Source of the DNA: a virus
Lineage: Duplodnaviria > Caudoviricetes
Virus record (IMG/VR): IMGVR_UViG_3300012943_000035
Coordinates: 1 to 61,732 of that record
Length of the DNA stretch: 61,732 nucleotides
Strand: one strand, 5' to 3'
The translations under genes and the position numbers were made by a program. The notes below the pieces were generated by a model. The model did no database searches and was not told the origin of the DNA. It saw only the letters and a program-made list of their open reading frames with translations. Positions within the stretch are counted from its first letter, which is position 1. Every line of letters starts with the position of its first letter. Shown piece by piece: positions 48,786 to 57,986 of this stretch.

Positions 48786-49790
48786 ATGGCTGAAAATATC
48801 GAAGGCAAGTTTACGATCAAAAAGATCACCAAGTTCAAGGATCTCGTTGAGGGCCAAGAGCTTGAGCTCCCTGAGTCCGACCTATGCTTCCAGAACGAAG
48901 AGTCGATCGTTCAGATGAAGTATGCTCGCCCTGAAGACGAGCGCAAGTATGAAGTTGATCCCGGCATCTTCACGTTCACTGAGACCTCTGGTGGTCTCGT
49001 TCTCTCTAAAGTTGAGCTGAAGCAGCGCGAGCTCCTTACCTCTGTGGACAACACCAAGAAGATCATGGGTGAAGCTCAAATCTTCTTCAGTCGTCTCCAT
49101 ATCTATGAACAACTGCAACGTCCTAAGAAGCGTGGCGTACTCTTGTTCTCTCGCCCAGGAATGGGTAAGACTTCTGCCATCGAGAAGGTCTGCTCTGAGT
49201 TCTGCAAAGAAGACCCAGGTACTGTTGTCATCCTCTGGCCTACGTCGGAGATCGATGCTGACTCAGTTGTTCGCTTCTTTACCAGCAAGTCTAACTACAC
49301 CAAGGAATGCACCCGCCTTGTTCTCATCATCGAAGACATCGGTGGCGGAGAGCGCGATGGCGACCGTGGAACGAGCCCAGTTGATTCTGGTCTCTTGAAC
49401 CTTTTGGACGGCGTCGGCTTGACCTTTCGTCTCCCAACCTTCATCATTGCTACCACCAATCACCCTGAGAACCTTCTCGAGAGCTTGGCAGATCGCCCAG
49501 GTCGCTTCGATCTGATGCTGGAACTCAATGCTCCTAACCATCAAGAGAAGATCGCCCTGTTGAAGTTTATCAGCAAGCGCGATCTTACTGCTGAGGAAGA
49601 AGCTTCGATCGGCGAGAAGGGCACCGAAGAGTTCTCTATCGCTCATCTGGAAGAGATTGCAGTTCGCGCCCTGCTCCACGACAAGAGCTATCCTGTCGTT
49701 ATCAAGGAGTTGATTGACCACTCGAAGCGCTACAAGAAGGCCTTTGAGAAGACCAAGAGCCTTGGTCTCGGCATTGGCTCTCGCGATTAA
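48786..49790 (+). CDS. AAA+ ATPase
   Basis: RPGMGKT Walker A, IIEDI, LLNLLDG, TTNHPE, RPGRFD. Confidence 0.9.
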   Translation: MAENIEGKFTIKKITKFKDLVEGQELELPESDLCFQNEESIVQMKYARPEDERKYEVDPGIFTFTETSGGLVLSKVELKQRELLTSVDNTKKIMGEAQIFFSRLHIYEQLQRPKKRGVLLFSRPGMGKTSAIEKVCSEFCKEDPGTVVILWPTSEIDADSVVRFFTSKSNYTKECTRLVLIIEDIGGGERDGDRGTSPVDSGLLNLLDGVGLTFRLPTFIIATTNHPENLLESLADRPGRFDLMLELNAPNHQEKIALLKFISKRDLTAEEEASIGEKGTEEFSIAHLEEIAVRALLHDKSYPVVIKELIDHSKRYKKAFEKTKSLGLGIGSRD

Positions 49791-49810
49791 TTCTGATATA
49801 ATAACCACTT

Positions 49811-49902
49811 GGACCTGTGCGTAGGTTGCGCCCAAGAGATTTATAAACTCTTCTGCACCTGATTAGTGTTTGGTCTGGGTTCGAGTCCCAGCAGGTCTAC
49901 CA
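49811..49902 (+). tRNA. tRNA-Ile(TAT)-like with long variable arm and short D arm
   Basis: Acceptor GGACCTG/CAGGTCT-A-CCA, T arm CTGGG-TTCGAGT-CCCAG, anticodon loop TT-TAT-AA. Confidence 0.75.
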
Positions 49903-50735
49903 ATTTATGGACAAAAACGTCTGGCAAACTCTTTATAAAGTAGAGATGGTAACTGAACGAGTTGAGGATGGCGACCTGGGTTCGTACCTCAAGCACTCTT
50001 ATCAGTTGCAAGACCACAATGGTAATGTGCTAGGTATCTATAGAGACTATCACTATGCCATAAAGCAAGCCAGAAGAAAGTATAAAAAGATTGTCAGACT
50101 CATGGAGAAATCCTTGATGTCTTGACAGGTGCTCTCCACTGCAGGATTCCACAGTGCTTGCTTTGCGAGAGGGTAATGACGGATCGGCGAAAGCCCCGTA
50201 GGCTGGGTGTACAGCTATCTTAGCGTTCTTGAAAGGTGGCTTCTACAGATTATAGGTTAGAACGGAGCTGGTAAGCAACCTGAACAATCAGACCACCTTA
50301 CCAGCTCATTCCTACCTTCAAAAATTCCATTCGTATAAACACCATTGATTCAATCAAACAATAAAAGGAAAATAACATGGCTCATAAAGGCTACACTCTG
50401 AACTATTTCATTAACTTCTTCTCTAGCATCCCTGACCATCAATGGTGCGAAGGAACCTTGAATCGTGAAGGAACGGTTCAATGTTGCGCTCTTGGTCATG
50501 CTCTCCGCGACCCACGTACTAATAAAATTGACCATGATCAACTTCAAGATCGTCTCGACATGAATCCTACCTCCAAGGTTGTTGCCTTAGAAGAGTTCTT
50601 GAATGATCGTACTGCTGAAATCAATGACGGGCAAGGTCGTTTCAGCCAACTTGGTAAAACCCCTCGCGGTCGTATTCTTAAAGCTTTGCGTACCCGTAAA
50701 CGTAACGGCACGCTATAATTCTGAAACAAATATTT

Positions 50736-50769
50736 GCCATCAGAGGTGTATTTCCTCTGGTGGCTTTTT
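50736..50769 (+). terminator. Intrinsic terminator
   Basis: GCCATCAGAGG...CCTCTGGTGGC + TTTTT. Confidence 0.7.
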
Positions 50770-50840
50770 GTATTAAGAGGTGATAGATGGCATATCCAAT
50801 GAAAAACAGTGGTTACAACAGTAACAAAGGAGAAGATAAG

Positions 50841-52058
50841 ATGGATTTCAAGAAAATTAAGTTGATCGCAGCGCTTGTAGGCGGTGTGGTCGGACTCATT
50901 CTGCTGGCAACGGTCGGCCGTGGGTTGGTTGAGACGAACAATGCAGGTTACTTCCAAGTGAAGCAGACTGTGGGTTCTGGCACGATGAGCGTGATCAACA
51001 GCCCAGGTATGTATCTGAAGCTGTTTGCAACGATCACGACCTATCAAGTGTCGGACATGCATTACTTCTCGGCCAATGAGAAGGAAGGCGATCGCGGCAT
51101 CGAATCTGATCCTATCAAGGTTCGCTTCAACGACGGTGGTACTGCTGAAGTCTCTGGCTCCATCAAGTATCGTCTCCCTACTATTGATACAGCTCAGCTC
51201 CGTTTGCACCAAGATTACAAGAGCTATGCTGCAGTTCGCCATGACTTGATTCGTCAGGTTGTTGCTGAAGCTGTCATGCAGACTGCTAACTTGATGAAAG
51301 CTGAAGAATCCTACACCACTCGCAGGTCCGAGTTCGCTGCACTCGCAGAAGAACAGGTCAAGCAAGGTCTCTTTGAGACGGAATCTAAGGAATATAAGGA
51401 TGCTGACGCGGATGGGAACCAGTTCATCGAACGAGACGTTAAAGTCAAGCTAGACGCTAAGGGTCAACCTATCGTTCGTAAGCTGTCCCCTTTTCACCAG
51501 TATGGTATTGAAGTGATTCAGTTCACCATTAAAGACATCAACTATGATCAGACTATTGATGCTTTGATCGCTAAGAAGAAGGAAGCTGAGCAGCAGAAGG
51601 TTGTAGCTCGTGCTAACGCTGAGAAAGCTAAGCAAGATGCTATCACTGCACGTGAGCAAGGTAACGCTCGTATCGCCACTGAGAAAGCCAACCAGGACGT
51701 CGAGAAGATTAAGGAAGTCACTATCGCTCAGAAGGAGTTCGAAGTGTCTCAGCTTCGTCGTAAGCAGGCTGAGCAAGACGCCGCAGCTCAGGTTACCACT
51801 GGTAAAGCTCTCGCTGAAGTTAACCGCTTGAAGGTTCAAGCCGGTCTTACTCCTCTCGAGAAAGCTACCATCAACAAGGAAACTGCCATCGGCGTTGCTG
51901 CAGAGCTCGCCAAGGTACAATTCCCAAGTATGATGGTGATCGGTGGAGGCGGTAACGGTAAGGGTGCTGCTGACCCTTTCGAAGCCGTTGGCCTTGAGTC
52001 TCTGATGCGAATCAGCGACAAGATGGCTCGCAAAGACAAGTCCTCGAAAGATGAGTAA
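50841..52058 (+). CDS. SPFH/band-7 membrane protein
   Basis: N-terminal TM, VRFNDGG, long Ala/Glu/Lys coiled coil. Confidence 0.85.
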   Translation: MDFKKIKLIAALVGGVVGLILLATVGRGLVETNNAGYFQVKQTVGSGTMSVINSPGMYLKLFATITTYQVSDMHYFSANEKEGDRGIESDPIKVRFNDGGTAEVSGSIKYRLPTIDTAQLRLHQDYKSYAAVRHDLIRQVVAEAVMQTANLMKAEESYTTRRSEFAALAEEQVKQGLFETESKEYKDADADGNQFIERDVKVKLDAKGQPIVRKLSPFHQYGIEVIQFTIKDINYDQTIDALIAKKKEAEQQKVVARANAEKAKQDAITAREQGNARIATEKANQDVEKIKEVTIAQKEFEVSQLRRKQAEQDAAAQVTTGKALAEVNRLKVQAGLTPLEKATINKETAIGVAAELAKVQFPSMMVIGGGGNGKGAADPFEAVGLESLMRISDKMARKDKSSKDE

Positions 52059-52280
52059 TAGAAATTGCACTGGGTAAGTAAAGGATCGCAACCTTTCCCT
52101 TGTGCGTTCTGTGGGCCTCGCGGAAAAAGGGGTGTAAGTCCCCAGGGGCACATTTTAAACAAAGGAGATACGTATGCCGTTATTGATTGATATTGCCTTA
52201 GCAGTTCTAGTTCTTTCCGGAGCATTGTTCCTCGGATCGATCGCTCTGGCTCTTTTCAAAGAAGTGAACAAGAAGGACCA

Positions 52281-52673
52281 ATGAGAAAACTCTTAGTCCT
52301 GATGATGCTTACCTTGGCAGCCTGTACTAGCTCTGAACAAGCTGAAGAGCAAGCTAGACAGGCTCGCCGAGAGCGTCAAGAGATGGAAGAATCTCGTCAG
52401 CTAAAAGAGCAACACGAGAGAGAAGCAGCAGCTCTTAGAGAGCAAGAAGCTGCTAAGCCGGAAGAGCCGGCAGCTCCGCCGGAACCTGAATACCGTGATG
52501 TAACAACTTATTACTTCACCTCCAACACTGAGAAGACAGCTGTGTCTTGCTCAGACGAAGGTGCGATGCACGAATGTGGCATCACCTTCGAAGACTGTAA
52601 CGGTAGTGCTTACTACTGTCAGACTGGAGTAAAGGTTTTCAGTAAGACTAAGAAAGAGCTAGTTACCGAATAA
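52281..52673 (+). CDS. Putative lipoprotein
   Basis: LAAC lipobox. Confidence 0.7.
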   Translation: MRKLLVLMMLTLAACTSSEQAEEQARQARRERQEMEESRQLKEQHEREAAALREQEAAKPEEPAAPPEPEYRDVTTYYFTSNTEKTAVSCSDEGAMHECGITFEDCNGSAYYCQTGVKVFSKTKKELVTE

Positions 52674-53501
52674 TCATTGTTTGATTGGATCTTGAGACGC
52701 CTCGACTGGCTTTGCTGGTTGGGGCGTTTCTGTTTCTGCGGGTTTGTCGTCCACAACTACATGTGGATCCTTAGGCTCAGGTTGAATATCGTTGAGCTCA
52801 ATCTTAGGAACTGTGACTTTGTTAATACGAGCGTATAGACTATTAACCAACTTACGTAGCTCCCCGGTTTCGGGAGCCTTCTTGAGGGCTGCTTGACGCA
52901 TCTTGCGGAGATTACCGCGCTTCTTAGGTTCAACAATCTTATCTGCAAGACCTAATGACACTGCTTCACTGGCCGTCAGATAGAGATCACGCTGACATAC
53001 GTCTTCCCAGAAGCTCTTAGGCATACGTGAGTTGGCCTCATAGATGTCGTACAGCTTATCCTGTAGTCGCTTGTTCTCTGCGGCAGTAATCTGAACGTCG
53101 GTGTGCTTCCCATCATAGCCCTCTGATCCATCGTGGACCATTACGGTCGCATTCTGGTGGAGCCAACGCTCGTCACAGACAGCCATAATCCAGGTTGCAG
53201 AGCTCATGATAGCTCCGCCGCCATAGAACTTTATCTGACATGGGCAAGCTAAGATCTCATCGTATAGACGAAGCATGGCATATGGATCACCGCCATAGCT
53301 GTTCATATGTATCTCTATAGGCTTCCCGGGCGCGTCAGAGGACATTTTATGCAATGCTCTGATGGCAAGCTCGATAGAAGCTTGAGAGAAGTCTCCCGGG
53401 TTCTCCTCGGTCCAATCGAGGCCAACTCCAAAGTAGAGCCTACGATTCTTCAAGTCGATCCCGTATATAAGATTGTCGATGAGGTCGCCTTGAACAGCCA
53501 T
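52674..53501 (-). CDS. clpP: ClpP-family protease 2
   Basis: MNSYGG, IMSSA (Ser), MVHDG (His), RDLYL..EA..LGLADKI. Confidence 0.88.
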   Translation of the reverse strand: MAVQGDLIDNLIYGIDLKNRRLYFGVGLDWTEENPGDFSQASIELAIRALHKMSSDAPGKPIEIHMNSYGGDPYAMLRLYDEILACPCQIKFYGGGAIMSSATWIMAVCDERWLHQNATVMVHDGSEGYDGKHTDVQITAAENKRLQDKLYDIYEANSRMPKSFWEDVCQRDLYLTASEAVSLGLADKIVEPKKRGNLRKMRQAALKKAPETGELRKLVNSLYARINKVTVPKIELNDIQPEPKDPHVVVDDKPAETETPQPAKPVEASQDPIKQ

Positions 53502-54458
53502 TAAGTCCCCTAATTGGTAGAATACTAAGATGAGTATCCTAGTACTTCCATTATACCAACAGAGGGCTTCATGGATAAGCACGAACTCGTAGAGCTTACA
53601 ATTGAGCGCCTATTGGCTAACTTTGAGAAGTCACCTGAGTCGTTCGACTTAAAAATGCCTGATAGTAGCAGCTATAGCGGCCCTATGGTGACCTGGAAAC
53701 CTAGAGTTCAACTAGGAAGCTATGACTCAAACGTTGTGGATGACCCAAATAACAACCATGCAGTCATAGTTATGTACAATCCCAACTTAGGTGAACTTCA
53801 GTGCTTCCTGTTCCTCAGGGCACCTACTCACTTAGATGGTGCTAAAGCTGACCAAACTGTTCAATCCAAACGTCCGTTCATGTACTTCCGCGCTCACTAC
53901 CGCAAGTTCAAGAAGCTCATCGCTCTTATCAAAGAGAGAGATGTCAGAGCAGCAAACATGAATTACCTCTCCAAACTCTCATCTGTCTTCCCAGATACTC
54001 TCGATAAACATATACTCAAAGACTGATTCCTGAATCTAGACCCTTACACGAGGGGAAGATTCAATGCCGAAACAAAGCGTTTTTGAGATCACCATCACTG
54101 TCGACACCAACGACGCCGACTATGCTACCCAGGTCTCTAAGATATCGGAGTCTGATCTCGAGCTCATCAAGCCCTTAATCAAGGCAATCTCCAAGTTTCA
54201 ACCATATACAGCTAAGACCCGCGGCGCTAATTCCTTGACATGGGATCATCACCACAACTATCCCTATGGCGAATGCTGTCGTGGCGATCTCGGTGAGAAG
54301 CACCCTCAGGAACTTTATGACTTTCCGCAAGCTGTGTTTGAGATTTTTGAGAACCTCTTACCGTTCAACGAGTATGGATTTCACACCATCGATTCTATTG
54401 AAGTGACCCCATACGTCAAGAAAACCAAGCTGTTATAAATCTGAATCTATGGAGCAAT

Positions 54459-54767
54459 ATGAAAAAGACTGAGACAATTGCAGAGTTTCTAGCGCGAGGG
54501 GGAAAGATCACTCGAGTCGCTACACCTGAACCCACGACTAAGCCGGAAAGTATAAGATCGACTACGGCAGGTGGACCGGCTGTGTTCCTGTCCCTTGGCG
54601 AAGCGGATCTTTTCTACGGCGAACATAAGCCAAAGAAACCGAAGAAGAGTAAGGCTGCGATGGATCTTTCGGCGCTACCGGAAGAGCTTCGTAAAAAATA
54701 TGTTGATGGGGTGATGAATGGCAACAAAGAAGAAGGCGACGACGAAGAAGATTCTGAAGACAGTTGA
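54459..54767 (+). CDS. SutA-like small protein with acidic tail
   Basis: IAEFLARGGKIT. Confidence 0.6.
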   Translation: MKKTETIAEFLARGGKITRVATPEPTTKPESIRSTTAGGPAVFLSLGEADLFYGEHKPKKPKKSKAAMDLSALPEELRKKYVDGVMNGNKEEGDDEEDSEDS

Positions 54768-55078
54768 GCCTGAGAAGGTACTGCCAGTAGTTCAACAAGG
54801 AGAGCTAACGTTTATAATGTCAAATAATGAAGTCTTCTCCCTAGTTCAGATCCTTAGTTTTTCGAGAGACGTGTTCAAGCAGATGTCACTGAACTGCGCT
54901 ATTGAAGGCGATAAGAAGTCTGAAGAGGTCTATGCGGCTAGGTCAGAACTAAGTCAGATTCTGTTCGAAAAGATGAGAAGCATTGCAAGTATTGGGGAGC
55001 CGTCCTCAAGGGCACTTCACTGAGTATCCCGAATCTAAACGGAAACGTCCGAAATCATTAACTGGAGGAAATACAGAA

Positions 55079-56242
55079 ATGAAACCGTCCCACATTACGA
55101 CTATCATGGATACCGCGCTCGAAGCCCGCAAGATCGGGGAAGTCTTTACACCTCTTTTCACTGGTGAAGCAGGTCTGGGTAAGTCTCAGATTGTTCAGCA
55201 ATGGGTTAAGAAGCAGCGCGAGCGCAACCCTAACTTCGGCTTCATCGATCTTCGTATCGCTTATATGGAAGCTCCCGATCTTATCGGTCTTCCTGAGACT
55301 GAAGTTGATGGCTCTGGCGCAAAGATCACCAGCCATTATCAACCTGACTTCCTTCCTCGCGAGATGGCTTCCGAAGGCTTGCTCCTTCTTGAAGAGCCAA
55401 ACCGCGCAACGACCGGCATGATGAACTGCTTGATGCAGCTCCTGACGGATCGCAAGATCCATAAGTATACCCTCCCCGAAGGTTGGGTCATCGCTGCTTG
55501 TATTAACCCTGACTCGTCTGAGTATGACGTCAACACGATGGATACGGCTCTCAAAGATCGTTTCGAAGAGTTCGAAGTTGAGTACGACGCCCTCTCCTTC
55601 CTTGATTTCATGGACCAGAGGGGTTGGAACGAGTCTGTTCAGCGCTTCGTCGGCGATGGTATTTGGATCTACAAGACCTCCAAGGAGCTTGGTCAGGGTG
55701 GCAAGTACATCTCGCCACGTACCTGGTCCAAGGTGAACGCTGCCGAGTCTGCGGGAGTTCGTAAGAACCGCAACCTGCATCGCATCGTTGTTAACAGCAT
55801 TCTTGGCAAAGACATCGGTAACGAATACCACAAGTATTGCTACGACCAAGCGCCTGTAACTGCTGCTGATCTCATCAAGGACCAGAAGGCAGCCATGGCG
55901 AAGTTGAAGGAACACTCTCAGCCAGATACGTACAAGGGCGACATGATTGCAGCATCGATCGAGTCGATCATCAAGGCGTATGGCGGAGCTAAGAAAGATT
56001 GCAAAGCTGACCAGATCGACGAAGATACGATGGCGGCAGTCGCTAAGATTATCCCTGCCGACTTGGCCGTCCAACTCCTCAAGGGTTGCGGATTCAAGGT
56101 TACCAAGGGCAAGATGAGCGACTTCTTCAACGACTTTGTGAAGCGTCACCCTGACCTCATCAATGTGCTGAAAGCGAACTTGAAGCTTGCTCGGGCGACT
56201 GGTGTGGACAAAGATGCAGCAGCTGCTGCAGCCAAGAAGTAA
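55079..56242 (+). CDS. MoxR-like AAA ATPase
   Basis: GEAGLGKS, DLR, LLEEPNRA, ACINP, DTALKDRF, SPRTW. Confidence 0.88.
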   Translation: MKPSHITTIMDTALEARKIGEVFTPLFTGEAGLGKSQIVQQWVKKQRERNPNFGFIDLRIAYMEAPDLIGLPETEVDGSGAKITSHYQPDFLPREMASEGLLLLEEPNRATTGMMNCLMQLLTDRKIHKYTLPEGWVIAACINPDSSEYDVNTMDTALKDRFEEFEVEYDALSFLDFMDQRGWNESVQRFVGDGIWIYKTSKELGQGGKYISPRTWSKVNAAESAGVRKNRNLHRIVVNSILGKDIGNEYHKYCYDQAPVTAADLIKDQKAAMAKLKEHSQPDTYKGDMIAASIESIIKAYGGAKKDCKADQIDEDTMAAVAKIIPADLAVQLLKGCGFKVTKGKMSDFFNDFVKRHPDLINVLKANLKLARATGVDKDAAAAAAKK

Positions 56243-56256
56243 AAAGCCCTAGTGAG

Positions 56257-56290
56257 ACCCGGAGCGGATTTCCTCCCCGCTCCGGGTTTA
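56257..56290 (+). terminator. Hairpin terminator
   Basis: ACCCGGAGCGG...CCGCTCCGGGT + TT. Confidence 0.6.
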
Positions 56291-56338
56291 CCTTATCTTT
56301 TAATCTGAATTTATAATCCTCCAACGGAGGGAGATATT

Positions 56339-57730
56339 ATGTCGTCAAGAGTTCGTCCCAAGCTTACTAAAGAGTTGCTCGACAAAGAGCATGTAGATGT
56401 GGCCCTGAAAACGCGATGCCTCGCATCGGCCATCTACGAGTGCTCCAAGACCCACCCATTCCTGGGTTCAGTTCTTCAGTGCTTGACCATCTCATACGGT
56501 CACCAGATTCCAACTGCAGGCATCATGTTCAACACCGATGCCAAGCGTTGGGATATGTTGATCAACCCTTATTTCTTTTGTAAAAAGTTGGACCTTCTGC
56601 AACAGAAGGCAGTTCTTCTTCATGAGCTGAGTCATATCACTCACAAACACCCTCTACGTGTTCCCTTCCTTAAGATCTCACCTCGTAAGCGCATGTTGAT
56701 GAACATCGGCGCTGACATGGCGATCAATCAGTATATTAAGAACCTTCCTCAAGGTTGTCAGCAATGTCCTCCACGCGACTCTGGTAAGCCCTGTGGTAAC
56801 GAACTCTGCCCAGGATACGGCATCTTTGTTGAAGACTACTCTGATACCGACGAGAAGACTGGCAAGAAGATTCCTTGGCAGACTCAGCAGACCATGGAGT
56901 ATTACTACGAGAAGCTTCTACAGCGCTTCGAAGATCCAGATGACGATGAGTCTGAAGGCGATGGCCAAGGCAACGCTGGTGGCGGAGCTGATACTGGCGA
57001 CCTTCCTCAGACTCTCGATGAACATATGTGGGATGGAGCATCTGAAGAGAAGGATATGCTTGACGCCACTGAGGAACTTGTTAAGCGCGCCATGGTTAAA
57101 GCACGTCTCGACTATAGCTCTCTACCTGACCACGTTAAGGAACTTCTTGAGGATCTTAAGGCTCGTCGTGCAGAGTTGAACTACAAAGCTCTCATCATGG
57201 CCGCCATGAAGCGTCACGCTGCAGGGCATGATCGTAAGAAGACTTGGACCCGTAAGTCTAAGCGCTTCGGCAACAAAGCACCTGGTACTAAGGTTGGTGA
57301 CTTGCCTAAACTTCACAACTACATCGACACGTCTGGCTCCATCTCTATTGAGGAAGCGAACGAGTTCTTGGAAGTTGTGGATCAGTTCTTGCGAGTTGGT
57401 GCTCGTAAGTGTAAGCTGGGCTTCTTCCATACTGCCCTCTATAAGGACGAGGACTACAAGCTTGGAGCTCGCATCAAGCGCGAAGACATCCAAAGCGGAG
57501 GCACAGATCTCCTTCCTGTGATGCAGAACATCCTCAAGACGAAAGCCGATCTCAGCATCGTCATCACTGACGGTTGCTACGGAGACGTCCCAGTCGAATC
57601 CTGGATGCGCCCCGGTGAGAAATGGCCACAAACGTTGTTCATCATCTCGAAGGGTGGAACTGAAGATCACCCGCTGAAACGACTGGGAGAAACGGTTAAG
57701 ATTCCTGATCAAGCTACAAAGAGGAAGTAA
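56339..57730 (+). CDS. Metallopeptidase-VWA protein (DUF2201-like), MoxR partner
   Basis: HELSH, IDTSGS MIDAS, GGTD, ITDG. Confidence 0.88.
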   Translation: MSSRVRPKLTKELLDKEHVDVALKTRCLASAIYECSKTHPFLGSVLQCLTISYGHQIPTAGIMFNTDAKRWDMLINPYFFCKKLDLLQQKAVLLHELSHITHKHPLRVPFLKISPRKRMLMNIGADMAINQYIKNLPQGCQQCPPRDSGKPCGNELCPGYGIFVEDYSDTDEKTGKKIPWQTQQTMEYYYEKLLQRFEDPDDDESEGDGQGNAGGGADTGDLPQTLDEHMWDGASEEKDMLDATEELVKRAMVKARLDYSSLPDHVKELLEDLKARRAELNYKALIMAAMKRHAAGHDRKKTWTRKSKRFGNKAPGTKVGDLPKLHNYIDTSGSISIEEANEFLEVVDQFLRVGARKCKLGFFHTALYKDEDYKLGARIKREDIQSGGTDLLPVMQNILKTKADLSIVITDGCYGDVPVESWMRPGEKWPQTLFIISKGGTEDHPLKRLGETVKIPDQATKRK

Positions 57731-57986
57731 TGAGCGATCTTGAGAAGCAATTACAAACCGAAGTTGATAGGTTAAAGGTGGAACTTGAAGCAGTAAAGCA
57801 AGAGCTTAAGACTTCAAGAAGCGTCATTCAAATTTATCGCGATGACTGCGATAAGTTTCATCGACCACACATTGTAGATGCTGAGAGTCTCAAGATAGTC
57901 TTAAGAAGAATATCGCGAAACAGTTGGTGTTATAACACGAAGCGCGATGCTGAAATTGCGCTTAGCCAATGTATGGTGAAAGAGTA

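Noticed and set aside
50126-50230. Lysine or cobalamin riboswitch (AGGTGC start)
   Set aside because: Downstream conserved cores are absent and no relevant gene follows.
50544-52225. Long minus-strand ORFs (273, 233, 129 aa)
   Set aside because: Antisense to the SPFH gene and its neighbour, which have RBSs and domain signatures.
55058-56149. 363-aa minus-strand ORF
   Set aside because: Antisense shadow of the MoxR ATPase; no RBS or motifs.
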